The notes beneath the pieces are model-generated. The model did not search any database, was not told where the DNA came from, and worked only from the letters and a program-made list of their open reading frames with translations. A program made the position numbers and the translations under genes. Shown here one piece after another: positions 1 through 8,585 of a stretch of 24,000 nt of DNA. Positions within the stretch are counted from its first letter, which is position 1. Each line of letters begins with the position of its first letter. Source of the DNA: Oscillospiraceae bacterium (GTDB lineage Bacteria > Bacillota > Clostridia > Oscillospirales > Oscillospiraceae); NCBI GenBank assembly GCA_910575505.1, contig CAJTFK010000014.1, positions 79,540 through 103,539 on the forward strand, in the 5' to 3' direction.

Positions 1-2
1 GC

Positions 3-560
3 AAACCGGAGACCCGTAGCGGAAACTATCACACAACCTTGGCCCCTTACGGGATCTTCAATGGCAGCCATGGGGATTCCATCATCATTGGGGCTTTGAA
101 TCAGAACCTGTGGACCAAGCTCTGCGGCGTTATGGGTTGTCCTGAGTTTGCGGAAGACCCGCGCTACAACACGAACGCCAAGCGCTGCGACAATCTGAAA
201 GACGTTATCCAGATCATAGAGGGATGGCTGAAGCGCCTGGATGACATCGGCGAGGCGGAGCGACGTCTTATGGAGGCGGGTGTACCCTGCGCCAAGGTCT
301 ACTCCCCGGAAGACGCTTTTCAAGACCCCCACTTCAACACCTGCGGCTGGATTACTAAAATCCCCGCACCTGCTGGGGTTACAAGCATTGACGGACGCTT
401 TTTCCCCTCCAACCCGTTTACATTCTCCGCCGTCGCTCCGCAGTACCGGCCTGCGCCTACCCTGGGCCAGGACAACCATTCTATTCTCGAACGCCTGGGG
501 TATTCCTTTGAGGAAGTGGAGAATATGCAGAAGGAATGGAGCGAAAAGGCAAAGAAGTAA
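3..560 (+). CDS. Family III CoA-transferase (CaiB/BaiF/Frc-like), C-terminal part; the 5' end lies left of the window
   Basis: The frame is open from the window edge, so the ORF-track Met at 39 is an internal TTG (Leu). The translation ...SGNYHTTLAPYGIF...IIIGALNQNLWTKLCGVMGCPEFAEDPRYNTNAKRCDN... resembles the conserved core of family III CoA-transferases. Stop TAA at 558-560. Confidence 0.75.
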   Translation, partial: KPETRSGNYHTTLAPYGIFNGSHGDSIIIGALNQNLWTKLCGVMGCPEFAEDPRYNTNAKRCDNLKDVIQIIEGWLKRLDDIGEAERRLMEAGVPCAKVYSPEDAFQDPHFNTCGWITKIPAPAGVTSIDGRFFPSNPFTFSAVAPQYRPAPTLGQDNHSILERLGYSFEEVENMQKEWSEKAKK

Positions 561-610
561 CTTTGCACAATCGCAAATCCTATTTTGTATCCATATGAGG
601 TAAATTGTAG

Positions 611-1783
611 ATGAAATCAAACTTCTTTTTTATGCCTATCCCTCAATATTTTGGGGCTGGCATTTCCATGGAAATCGGAGCACAGCTGGCACAGCTACAC
701 AGCAAGAAGGCTCTGGTTATGTATGACAAGGGTGTGGAGGCCGCCGGGATTCCGTCAAAAATTGTCCAATGTATCCAGGCAGAGGGAATCCTGGTGGTTC
801 AAAATGGCGATGTGGAATCCGATCCGAGCGACATCACCGTGAAGCGGATTGCGGAGATCGCGCGGCAGGAACAGGTGGATGCTGTGGTTGCTATTGGAGG
901 CGGAAGCAGCATTGACGCGGCGAAGTGCGTGAAGCTGCTGCTGAACAATTCCGGAGTCTTGGAGGACTTTTACGACCTTACCCGTCCCCAGAAGCCCTCC
1001 GGCATTCCGATGATCGCCATCCCCACCACTTCCGGCACGGGAAGCGAGGCGTCCAAGGGCGGCGTTATTACGGACACCAGTAAAGGTCAAAAACGCACGA
1101 TTATCGGGCCTGGAACGATGCCGGACATGGCGCTGGTGGACCCGGAGCTGACGCTAAGCGTCCCCCCGAAAGTCACGGCGGCGTGTGCATTTGATGTCCT
1201 GGCTCACGCAATTGACGCCATTACATCCAACATGACAAATCCCATTACCCAGGCTATTTCCTATGAGGCCATCCGGCTGATGAAGGGGAGCTACCGGCAG
1301 GCCGTGGAGGACGGGGCCAGCCTCCAGGCCCGGTCCGATATGCACTTGGCGTCCAACCTGGGCGGTATTGTGCTCTCAAACGCAAAGTGCTCCGTCAGCC
1401 ACGCCTTTGCCCACGCCATGGGTGCGCTCTACCATGTGCCCCACGGCGTATGCTGCGCAATATTTACCCCGGCGTGTCTGGAGTATGTAGCGGATCAGAG
1501 GCCGGAGGAAATCCGTAAAATCGCGAAACTGTTGGACACGCCCTTCCGGGAGGATGAATCCACGGCGTCTATCGCGTGGCGAACCGGAGAGACGATTCAC
1601 AAGATGTATCGAAGCGTCGGGGTGCCCGACATTATCGAGTATATCCCAGATGCGGCGGAGGCGAAGCGGGCCCTGATTCCCGTGGCGAAGCAGGACATTA
1701 TGGCTACATTCAGCCCTCGGGCGTTGGACGACGCCGGGGGATGCTGGATTATTGACAGAACCTTTGAGCTTGCGAGGCAATAA
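611..1783 (+). CDS. Iron-containing (group III) alcohol dehydrogenase family protein
   Basis: 390-aa ORF with a GAGGT RBS-like element upstream. It has the Fe-ADH hallmarks GGGSSIDAAK, the His-rich metal-site segments FDVLAHAIDA and HAFAHAMGALYHVPHG, and the typical ~390-aa length. Confidence 0.85.
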   Translation: MKSNFFFMPIPQYFGAGISMEIGAQLAQLHSKKALVMYDKGVEAAGIPSKIVQCIQAEGILVVQNGDVESDPSDITVKRIAEIARQEQVDAVVAIGGGSSIDAAKCVKLLLNNSGVLEDFYDLTRPQKPSGIPMIAIPTTSGTGSEASKGGVITDTSKGQKRTIIGPGTMPDMALVDPELTLSVPPKVTAACAFDVLAHAIDAITSNMTNPITQAISYEAIRLMKGSYRQAVEDGASLQARSDMHLASNLGGIVLSNAKCSVSHAFAHAMGALYHVPHGVCCAIFTPACLEYVADQRPEEIRKIAKLLDTPFREDESTASIAWRTGETIHKMYRSVGVPDIIEYIPDAAEAKRALIPVAKQDIMATFSPRALDDAGGCWIIDRTFELARQ

Positions 1784-1800
1784 CCCGTACTCTTAGGAAA

Positions 1801-1840
1801 AAGATAGCCTCACGCCAGCGGCGTGGGGCTATCTTCTCTT
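1801..1840. terminator. Hairpin between convergent genes (adh on +, XRE gene on -); probable bidirectional terminator
   Basis: The arm aagatagcctcacgc(c) at 1801-1816 pairs with gcgtggggctatctt at 1821-1835 (15 bp including one G-U), with a 4-nt loop. The flanking T/A runs are weak on both sides. Confidence 0.5.
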
Positions 1841-2168
1841 AGCGAGTACATTCAATCGCTTCATCTATGATTTTTAGAATATGCGGCATTTTTTCAGCCG
1901 GAACAGCTTTCAATTTCTGTATGACATATTCAAAGCTGTCTGGAGTCCTCCCAAACAATAAGGTGTCTGCGGAAAGATTGAGGGCCACGGCAAACGCCCG
2001 GATAGACTCAGAGGACAGGCCGGAACGGCCACGTTCCACTTCCTGAATAAAGTTAGCACTATAACCAGACAATTTCGCCAAGTCCTCACGAGTCATTTTC
2101 TGGGCTGTCCGTTCGTTTTTGATTCTGGCTCCGATTTCTATATTGACGTCTTTCAATTTCCTAGCCAT
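1839..2168 (-). CDS. XRE-family helix-turn-helix transcriptional regulator
   Basis: 109 aa. IGARIKNERTAQKMTREDLAKLSGYSANFIQEVERGRSGLSSESIRAFAVALNLSADTLLFG is a canonical HTH_3/Cro-C1 pattern. RBS AAGGTGG lies upstream on the minus strand. Confidence 0.8.
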   Translation of the reverse strand: MARKLKDVNIEIGARIKNERTAQKMTREDLAKLSGYSANFIQEVERGRSGLSSESIRAFAVALNLSADTLLFGRTPDSFEYVIQKLKAVPAEKMPHILKIIDEAIECTR

Positions 2169-2172
2169 AGCA

Positions 2173-2237
2173 TTACACCACCTTTACAAGTAGTGTAACC
2201 CCGAATAGGCAAAAGGAAAATTCTTACAAGTTTGTAA
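2173..2237. promoter_or_regulatory. Operator-like palindromes sharing the half-site TTACA/TGTAA, upstream of the 1839-2168 XRE gene
   Basis: TTACAagtagTGTAA at 2184-2198 (5-5-5 inverted repeat). TTACAAgtTTGTAA at 2224-2237 (perfect 6-2-6 inverted repeat). An extra TTACA half-site sits at 2173-2177. Confidence 0.45.
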
Positions 2238-2324
2238 TTTCGTCTATAGCAATACACCGAATTATATGATATACTGCCAGTAGTGACCCGTATGGGACGG
2301 TGACAGCACAAAGACAACAGCGGC

Positions 2325-2360
2325 AAAAAGAAGGGGCGAGATGACCGCTCGTGCGGTCAT
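2325..2360 (-). terminator. Possible terminator of the RHH gene
   Basis: ATGACCGC-tcgt-GCGGTCAT forms an 8-bp stem (2341-2360) overlapping the stop codon. On the minus strand it is followed by ctcgccccTTCTTTTTG. The T-run is offset by ~8 nt, so this is only moderate. Confidence 0.4.
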
Positions 2361-2557
2361 TCCTCACCCTCAATCTTAACAATATCTACCGCTGATTCAA
2401 GAAGTAAATTGATGATCTCGTTGCGGGAACGATTTGCGGTTTCTGCTAGGGCGTCCAACCGTTCAATCAATTCATCTCTCATACGGACAGACACGACCTT
2501 GTGTCCATCATCTCCCCTGCGGACAGATTTTTTCTTAATTTTGATCTCCTCTGCCAT
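2357..2557 (-). CDS. Ribbon-helix-helix (CopG/Arc/MetJ-like) DNA-binding protein
   Basis: 66 aa. KVVSVRMRDELIERLDALAETANRSRNEIINLLLESAV fits the beta-strand/helix/helix RHH pattern. RBS GAGAGGTGG lies upstream on the minus strand. Confidence 0.7.
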   Translation of the reverse strand: MAEEIKIKKKSVRRGDDGHKVVSVRMRDELIERLDALAETANRSRNEIINLLLESAVDIVKIEGEE

Positions 2558-2588
2558 GCTGCCACCTCTCTTGTAGTTGTAGTTTAGC

Positions 2589-2638
2589 TTGACAGAGATA
2601 ATTTTAATATATTATAATTATATAGTCTCAATAGACTA
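2589..2638 (+). promoter_or_regulatory. Near-consensus sigma-70-type promoter on the + strand plus an adjacent small palindrome, in the RHH upstream region
   Basis: TTGACA (2589-2594), 18-nt spacer, TATAAT (2613-2618). It is followed by TAGTCT-caat-AGACTA (2623-2638), and the tandem GTAGTTGTAGTT lies just upstream at ~2573-2584. No >=60-aa + strand ORF lies downstream, so the transcript would run antisense to 2856-3173. Confidence 0.4.
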
Positions 2639-2855
2639 CTATTTTATAGTTTAAAAAGTTTCACCTGATTTCCGGCTGCTTAATGGTGATCTGTGCATGG
2701 CCCCGGCTGGGACCGCTTCACCCGTTCCAATAAGCTGTAAGTGTACAAAAGGAGTTTGATCGTGACAATGCCTGGATTGCGGCTGTTGCAATAAATAATA
2801 ATTTTTATAGTGGTAGGGGGCACACCAGCTTTTGCGTATCCATCTGCGCTCTTTC

Positions 2856-3173
2856 CTACTCTTGAAGCGGCTTTATCCGCTCCATTACACCGATAATTGC
2901 TTGCAGATCAGCTTCGTCCATAGTTTTTGCCCTTTTTAATAATTCCTGGATCAAGATAGGAGCTGTTTCCGTATCGTCAAAAAAGCCACGTACAGATACG
3001 CCTAAGTATTCACAAATGTACGGAAGCTCACTTAAAGATGGGAGTGTACGCCCAGAGGTAATAGAGTGAATGTAATTTTTCCCGTGCCCTAAATCCAGGC
3101 TCATCTGATACTCCGAAACATCTTTTTGCATACGAAGCTCTGTAATCCTGCTTCTTACAAACGCCTCAAACAC
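2856..3173 (-). CDS. XRE-family HTH protein
   Basis: 105 aa. ITELRMQKDVSEYQMSLDLGHGKNYIHSITSGRTLPSLSELPYICEYLGVSVRGFF is an HTH_3-like pattern. Confidence 0.7.
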   Translation of the reverse strand: MFEAFVRSRITELRMQKDVSEYQMSLDLGHGKNYIHSITSGRTLPSLSELPYICEYLGVSVRGFFDDTETAPILIQELLKRAKTMDEADLQAIIGVMERIKPLQE

Positions 3174-3284
3174 TTGCTCACCCCTCTTCTAAAAACAAGT
3201 GTACATTGTTCGCAGTAGCCATAGTAACTCTGAAAAGAGGAATAACTTGTTGCAAATTCCGCTTTGTTGCGTTACAATGTTTTT

Positions 3285-3318
3285 GCAAAATAAAAAGAGC
3301 CGACAATATTGTGTCGGC
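3285..3318 (-). terminator. Rho-independent terminator of the 3321-3668 gene
   Basis: GCCGACA (3299-3305) pairs with TGTCGGC (3312-3318) around a 6-nt loop. On the minus strand it is followed immediately by TCTTTTTATTTTG. Confidence 0.7.
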
Positions 3319-3320
3319 CC

Positions 3321-3668
3321 TTATAGATCCTCTTCAATACCGCCAAATTTCAGTATCCCTCGAATCAAGTCCTCTATTTCAATGAACTGCTGATCAGATA
3401 AAGGCTTCAATAAAGAAGAAATATGAAGGCAGTCAATATCAGATACTTGTCCAGTTAATAAGAAATCTGTACTGATACATAATGCTTTTGATACTTTAAC
3501 TATACTTTCCGCCCGAATATTTTTTCTTCCAGTTTCAACACTTGCAAAAAACTGTTGAGTTAGTCCCGCTTTTTCGGCAGCCTGCTCTTGTGTCAAGCCA
3601 AGCTGATTTCTCCGACTAGCGATACGCCGTCCTATTTCGATTGCAAGTGGACTTTTATTTTCTGCCAT
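3321..3668 (-). CDS. XRE-family HTH transcriptional regulator
   Basis: 115 aa. IGRRIASRRNQLGLTQEQAAEKAGLTQQFFASVETGRKNIRAESIVKVSKALCISTDFLLTG is a canonical HTH_3 pattern. It is divergent from the 3780 operon. The inverted repeat CCTCTAT...ATAGAGG (3674-3701) overlaps its RBS region. Confidence 0.8.
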   Translation of the reverse strand: MAENKSPLAIEIGRRIASRRNQLGLTQEQAAEKAGLTQQFFASVETGRKNIRAESIVKVSKALCISTDFLLTGQVSDIDCLHISSLLKPLSDQQFIEIEDLIRGILKFGGIEEDL

Positions 3669-3779
3669 ACAGACACCTCTATCTATTTTTTAATAATAGA
3701 GGTTTTTTCATTCATCGTAAATTGCCGTTTGTTGTATTTTAACAACCAAAAAGCGTATCAGGAGGAATAGGGAGAGAAT

Positions 3780-4424
3780 ATGGAAAACACTTTTTTGACA
3801 CGGAAGGCAAACGGCGAAAAGATTTTTATCTCTGGACTTCTGGAGGCTCCACCCTCCAACGAGGTTTTGAAGGAGCTTTTCCCATACAGCAGGAACAGCG
3901 CACCGTACATAACTCAGCTCGGCCTAAAGATTTTAAAGCTGCGCCTGGATGGGAAGGACAATGATGAAGCCGGAAAAGAGCTGAACCTCACACGGAATCA
4001 GGTGGAAGGCCGGTTCCAGAATATCAAAACTAAATTTGAGCGGGGTCCCATCCCGGATTATATCGAGTTGGACCACCCGGCGCTGCGGCGCCTTCGCGGC
4101 CTGGAGGTAACGTTCACGGATGGATACATGAAGCTGTCGGAGCTGCTGCGGGCTATGCCCTCCGATCAAGAACTAAAAGAGTTTGCCATTCTGCGTGGGA
4201 ACGTCTCCGGTTTCGGAACCCAGCGAATGTTGAACCATGAGGACCTGATTTTGCTCCAGAAAAAACAGGCGGGGATGCGGAACGCGGGTATTGCCAGGGA
4301 GCTTGGCGTCCGGCCAGAATCTATTCGCAGCCGTTTAATGTGGATTCGAAATGTGCTAAAGCGGATGGGTGTTCAAATTGATCTGCCCGATCTATTTCCG
4401 TTTGAGGTGGGCGAAAATGCGTGA
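3780..4424 (+). CDS. Hypothetical protein with two sigma-70 region-4/LuxR-like HTH segments
   Basis: 214 aa with RBS AGGAGGAA upstream. The two HTH-like segments are LRLDGKDNDEAGKELNLTRNQVEGRFQNIKTKF and KKQAGMRNAGIARELGVRPESIRSRLMWIRNVLKRM. Confidence 0.5.
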   Translation: MENTFLTRKANGEKIFISGLLEAPPSNEVLKELFPYSRNSAPYITQLGLKILKLRLDGKDNDEAGKELNLTRNQVEGRFQNIKTKFERGPIPDYIELDHPALRRLRGLEVTFTDGYMKLSELLRAMPSDQELKEFAILRGNVSGFGTQRMLNHEDLILLQKKQAGMRNAGIARELGVRPESIRSRLMWIRNVLKRMGVQIDLPDLFPFEVGENA

Positions 4425-4446
4425 TCGCCGAACAGAAGGGGCTCTT

Positions 4447-4842
4447 ATGGTTGAAGAACGAGTCCTGCAAATCTTGACTGAACAGCAGCGTGAGGTATAT
4501 CTGCTTCGCTAGGATGGCATGACCTGTAAGGAAATTGCCGAAAAAATAAATGCTCCGGCAAGCAGAGTCACCTCTTGCCTCAAACACGCAAAACGCAAGA
4601 TAGCCGAATATGAAAGCTATCATGCTCCCGGCGCAAACAACGACGCCCCCTTGGACTTTCCCATGACGGCTGGCGAATTGCGGCTCGTGCTGGAGGGGCT
4701 GGATATTCTCAAACGGGACATGGAGAGTGACGTCCACAGGAGGCTCGGAACCGACTGGCAGGGATGCCTTCCCTATTCCTATCAAATCGCGGATGATTTG
4801 ACGATTCGCCTGTTGGACGCTCTACAAAAAAATGAAACGTAA
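4447..4842 (+). pseudogene. Sigma-70 region-4-like HTH gene interrupted by an in-frame TAG (4510-4512); the downstream part 4519-4842 may still be expressed
   Basis: ATG 4447 and ATG 4519 are in the same frame. The joined translation MVEERVLQILTEQQREVYLLR*DGMTCKEIAEKINAPASRVTSCLKHAKRKI reads as one continuous r4-type HTH, with the stop at a normally sense position. Confidence 0.5.
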
Positions 4843-4852
4843 GGAGCCCCTT

Positions 4853-5872
4853 ATGCAAAATCAGCAGAAGCCGGTAATTGGTCACTACGCCTTTCTTTAC
4901 GCCTGCCAGTTTGGCCCATTCCGCTCCAAAGGAGCCAAGTACATCGCACAGATTCTGCGGCGGTATGCTGATAACAATTTTTCCGCAGGTGCTTCGGAAT
5001 ATAAGCGGTTTATTGAGGATTCTGCGGCGGAAAAGGGCCTCCGGCCAACCAGTTTTAGGCGGACCATTCAGCGGTATATAGAAAAGGGCTGGAGTCTGGA
5101 TTATGCCAAGAGCTGGGAGACCTATACCGGCTGGAAACAGAATTTCCCACCTAAAACGAATACCGCAATCAGGCTCATCTGCGAGTCCTTCACAGCCTTT
5201 ATGAAAAGCTGGGTTTTTACTGAGGGAAAGCAACGCTTCTATGTTCAGACGTCCATTGAAGAAGATCAGGAGGGGGAAAGCACGCCCTCATTGGAGCACG
5301 AATTTTTCTTAGACGAAATATCCTCGCATACCCACTATGCCACCTTCGACGATCCAGAGGAGCTTCGCACTTACGTGTGGTATCTCACATATCGGGTTCA
5401 AAAGGATTTTTACAACCTTTGTATAGAGAGCAAGGCTCTGGTGGATTGTCCATGGCAGGATTTTGTCCTTGGAATGCGCGGAAGCAAAGAGACTCGGGAC
5501 TCCGCCGCATTTGTTTTGCGCAAAACCATAGAGGAATTTCTAAGTCACGCCTATTTTAACTTTGACAAAAAGGAGCCAGAACTGCTTGACGACAGTGATG
5601 ACCCGTTCGCAGGAACAGATACTATGAACTGTGCAAAGCTGATTTCTTACGATGAAGGCTGTGGCCTGATAGATGCGATCCTTTTGCAGGCAGAGTTTGT
5701 CCAGTACCGACGCCAGCTGAACCAGGGCAAGGACTACTCCTGGGAACAATACATTGAAGAACTATTGCAGGACAAACAAATGTGGCGCGAGATAAAGTTG
5801 GCCTTTCTCGACGCCCTGGACCGACTGGATTTCAGGGCAGTGTGGGAGTCAGAGGAATTACAGGGAGGATGA
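4853..5872 (+). CDS. Hypothetical protein
   Basis: The long ORF is listed from 4832, but AAGGAG at 4841-4846 followed by ATG 4853 is the better start. No recognisable motif. Confidence 0.5.
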   Translation: MQNQQKPVIGHYAFLYACQFGPFRSKGAKYIAQILRRYADNNFSAGASEYKRFIEDSAAEKGLRPTSFRRTIQRYIEKGWSLDYAKSWETYTGWKQNFPPKTNTAIRLICESFTAFMKSWVFTEGKQRFYVQTSIEEDQEGESTPSLEHEFFLDEISSHTHYATFDDPEELRTYVWYLTYRVQKDFYNLCIESKALVDCPWQDFVLGMRGSKETRDSAAFVLRKTIEEFLSHAYFNFDKKEPELLDDSDDPFAGTDTMNCAKLISYDEGCGLIDAILLQAEFVQYRRQLNQGKDYSWEQYIEELLQDKQMWREIKLAFLDALDRLDFRAVWESEELQGG

Positions 5873-5926
5873 GAGCGTTCCGCTAAAACGCAGTACCTCC
5901 GTGCGGGGTAGAAAGGAAACGGTAAG

Positions 5927-7126
5927 ATGGCAGTATGTTCATTTGCAGGACACAAAGAAGTGTATGACGCTGATATGGCTTCCAAAATGCAGACGGAGGT
6001 TGACCGCCTTGTAAAAGAAAACGATGCCGTTGAGTTTTTGGTCTACCCAGTCTACCCGTCCGGAATGCTCTCCTATTTTTTTCTGTTGGCGGCGCTCAAG
6101 GCCAGAACCCAATATCCGCAAAAGGTTACAATTACCTGTGTAATATACCATGGCCCGGAGGCGGAAATGTCTGGTGAAGATCTGACGTATTCTTACATGA
6201 GCGATAAAGTCATTACAATTGATCTGGAAAACACGAAAAAACGTGACCCCACCATAGGATACAAGCGGATGCTGAAATGGATTTCTCAAAACTCTACGCA
6301 CCTTATCACATATTTCTACGATACAATATACGACCCAGGAAATCATCTGGGAAAAATCCCGGAAACACTGGAGATTATCAGTCTAACGACACATGAAACA
6401 GAGACGGCCATCCTGGAGGCGGCGCAGCGTATGACAGAAAAAGAGCAGACTGCTTTTTTTAAACTGCACGAGGGCCGTACTATGAGCGCGGTCGGAGAAG
6501 CAACCGGCGTAGGAAGGGAACGTGTACGGCAGCTCCTGAGCCATGGAAGCAGGGCAATCCACTTAGAACTGACCCGCAGGTATAATCGGGCGCTGGCTGC
6601 CAAGCGGACAGGCCCCCGCACTTGCGGCATTTTTGCCCTTGGGGAAGCCACCCGCGAATCGCTAACCCGCTTCAAGCACATCATGGAGTGTCTGGCATCC
6701 GCTTATATCGCCACGGATATTTTTATTGAACAGTCCTACGTTTCCTCCGGCTTCTTATTTGTGCTGGAAAATTTACATATATCGTTAATGCTCTGCCAAT
6801 GGAGCAATACAGCGATACACATTACTGTGCTTATGGACAACGACTCTTTATCAGGGGATTGTGATGATATGGCCGTTATGGAAGCGGCCCTATGCCCACC
6901 CTGCCACGCCGTTGGATATGTAAACCGTGTAGATAGCAGGGATGACTTCAACGTGATCGCCGATATGATTGAAAGAATGGACTTCTGCGTCTGTAATTTG
7001 TCCGCCACGCCTTATGGGGAAAAGATAAAGCAATACGCAGCCCAAACAGGGCGGACGGTTCTGCTGGATATAAATACAATGGGGAACTCGACTGCTGGCA
7101 AACGTAAAAAGCCGCTTCTTTCTTGA
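5927..7126 (+). CDS. Hypothetical protein with a possible SLOG/DUF1273-like N-terminus and a central sigma-r4-like HTH
   Basis: 399 aa. The N-terminus reads CSFAGHKEVYD.... The central HTH-like segment is MTEKEQTAFFKLHEGRTMSAVGEATGVGRERVRQLLSHGSRAI. Confidence 0.5.
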   Translation: MAVCSFAGHKEVYDADMASKMQTEVDRLVKENDAVEFLVYPVYPSGMLSYFFLLAALKARTQYPQKVTITCVIYHGPEAEMSGEDLTYSYMSDKVITIDLENTKKRDPTIGYKRMLKWISQNSTHLITYFYDTIYDPGNHLGKIPETLEIISLTTHETETAILEAAQRMTEKEQTAFFKLHEGRTMSAVGEATGVGRERVRQLLSHGSRAIHLELTRRYNRALAAKRTGPRTCGIFALGEATRESLTRFKHIMECLASAYIATDIFIEQSYVSSGFLFVLENLHISLMLCQWSNTAIHITVLMDNDSLSGDCDDMAVMEAALCPPCHAVGYVNRVDSRDDFNVIADMIERMDFCVCNLSATPYGEKIKQYAAQTGRTVLLDINTMGNSTAGKRKKPLLS

Positions 7127-7172
7127 AATAAGACGAAAAGCGGCAACTATATATGAAAGTGAGGAAACACGC

Positions 7173-8060
7173 ATGATAAGAAACCTGCTAGGGAGAAGGA
7201 GCCTAAGTGAAGAAGAGGTGGCCGAATTAAAGGCAGCGCAAAAATACTCCCCGAAAAACGTTTCCCCTAACGATTTGCCCTTCGACCTCGTGGCGGAGCT
7301 TGGATCGGTCCAGCATGCGGAAATCATAAGCCCTGGCGTCTATTTTCTGATCGTTGAGAAGGACTCGGAGCGGACAGAGGTATATGTGGTAACGGAGGAT
7401 GCACCGGCCATTTCTGAAGAAGCCCGAAATTACGGACAGGATATCTCCGATTGTCCTGGCTTGCGGGTTTACCCACTCCACGAGAAAGGCAGTGGAAAGC
7501 ACATCATAGATTTCGAGGTGTGCCGGTATCAGGTGAAATGCCATCTGCCTGTAGAGGGAATCACGGACTCTTTGCTTTCCCGCGCTCTTTATGGCATGGA
7601 AGAATACCCGGATTACTTCGGGACTTTTCCGGTTCCGTTCCATACTCCGAGAGGCAGTACGGTCCGTCATAAGGCGCTGTCGAACGGTGTGTACTGGCTG
7701 GAGACAGACCGCTGTGAGGAGATGCTGGCTGTTTGCTACCCAATTTGGGAAGCGGACATTTCAATCCCTGAACAGGAATTGGCGGAGCAGCTGGCATATG
7801 ATAGGATGCAGGGCATTAACAATACCCTCGGCTACCTTTTCTTTCCCAGGCAAAGCAGCTGCATTCCCCTGTATGAACTGTGCAGGCTTCATCCACAGAT
7901 AGAAGAAAGTGGGCTGGTTGATATGAAAGCACTTATGAACGCAATACTGCGGTTTTACCCCGAATACGCCGCCGCCCACAATGCGGAGGAAGCAAAGTAC
8001 GAGCGCGGCAGCCTCATACATGAAACACCGGAGGCTGGTATAGAATTTTTCACGTTCTGA
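7173..8060 (+). CDS. Hypothetical protein
   Basis: 295-aa ORF with RBS GAGGAAA upstream and ordinary protein-like composition. No motif recognised. Confidence 0.5.
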   Translation: MIRNLLGRRSLSEEEVAELKAAQKYSPKNVSPNDLPFDLVAELGSVQHAEIISPGVYFLIVEKDSERTEVYVVTEDAPAISEEARNYGQDISDCPGLRVYPLHEKGSGKHIIDFEVCRYQVKCHLPVEGITDSLLSRALYGMEEYPDYFGTFPVPFHTPRGSTVRHKALSNGVYWLETDRCEEMLAVCYPIWEADISIPEQELAEQLAYDRMQGINNTLGYLFFPRQSSCIPLYELCRLHPQIEESGLVDMKALMNAILRFYPEYAAAHNAEEAKYERGSLIHETPEAGIEFFTF

Positions 8061-8124
8061 CGGGGCTCTGCGGTTGTCTTTACTGTTGGGTCTCATTTCC
8101 GATACAGGCCAGAGGAGAAAATAT

Positions 8125-8529
8125 ATGTGCGATAAAATACAGGAAATCGAAACATTGTTGTCCTTGTTCCAACCGTATATGGAGAAAGAGGCCCAGCCTT
8201 ATTATGACGTAGTACACTCAAAAAAATTTGGCTACCTGTTTATCCAATACTTCCCTGAAGGAGATGGGGATAACTTCATGACGCCTCTGGAGGACTCCCA
8301 TGATCTGCTGTTTAAGCTGTTCTCGTGGATTACGCTGGATGTGCTTGCACTGGACCTTGCAGGAGAGCGCATGACAACAGAGATATTTCCAGTAGAGGCG
8401 GAAGAAATCCAAAACCGCATTTACCCGATATTAGAAAAGTGTGGGGAACGGTGCGCGGAGTTTAAGGAGCTGCTGGACAGATTTCTCGAAAATTACCCGG
8501 ATATTTTTTTATACGACGAACCCTTTTAG
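8125..8529 (+). CDS. Hypothetical protein
   Basis: The ORF is open from 8074, but GAGGAG at 8113-8118 followed by ATG 8125 is the likely start (134 aa). Confidence 0.45.
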   Translation: MCDKIQEIETLLSLFQPYMEKEAQPYYDVVHSKKFGYLFIQYFPEGDGDNFMTPLEDSHDLLFKLFSWITLDVLALDLAGERMTTEIFPVEAEEIQNRIYPILEKCGERCAEFKELLDRFLENYPDIFLYDEPF

Positions 8530-8585
8530 CGGTCTGGTACTTAACACATGAGCACGCAACCACGAATAAGAAGCTGTGATGGAGG

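Noticed and set aside
241-603. 120-aa alternative-frame ORF and 82-aa antisense ORF over the CoA-transferase gene
   Set aside because: They are nested in a frame with clear family III CoA-transferase similarity, and their own translations are Pro/Arg/Ser-rich with no motifs.
4510-4512. Reassigned TAG or pyrrolysine decoding
   Set aside because: TAG terminates several well-supported genes here (12698-12700, 18425-18427, 18861-18863), and no pyl genes are visible.
4321-5233. Minus-strand ORFs 4321-4785 and 4709-5233
   Set aside because: They are antisense to a co-directional + strand gene series with RBSs. They have no start context or recognisable motifs.
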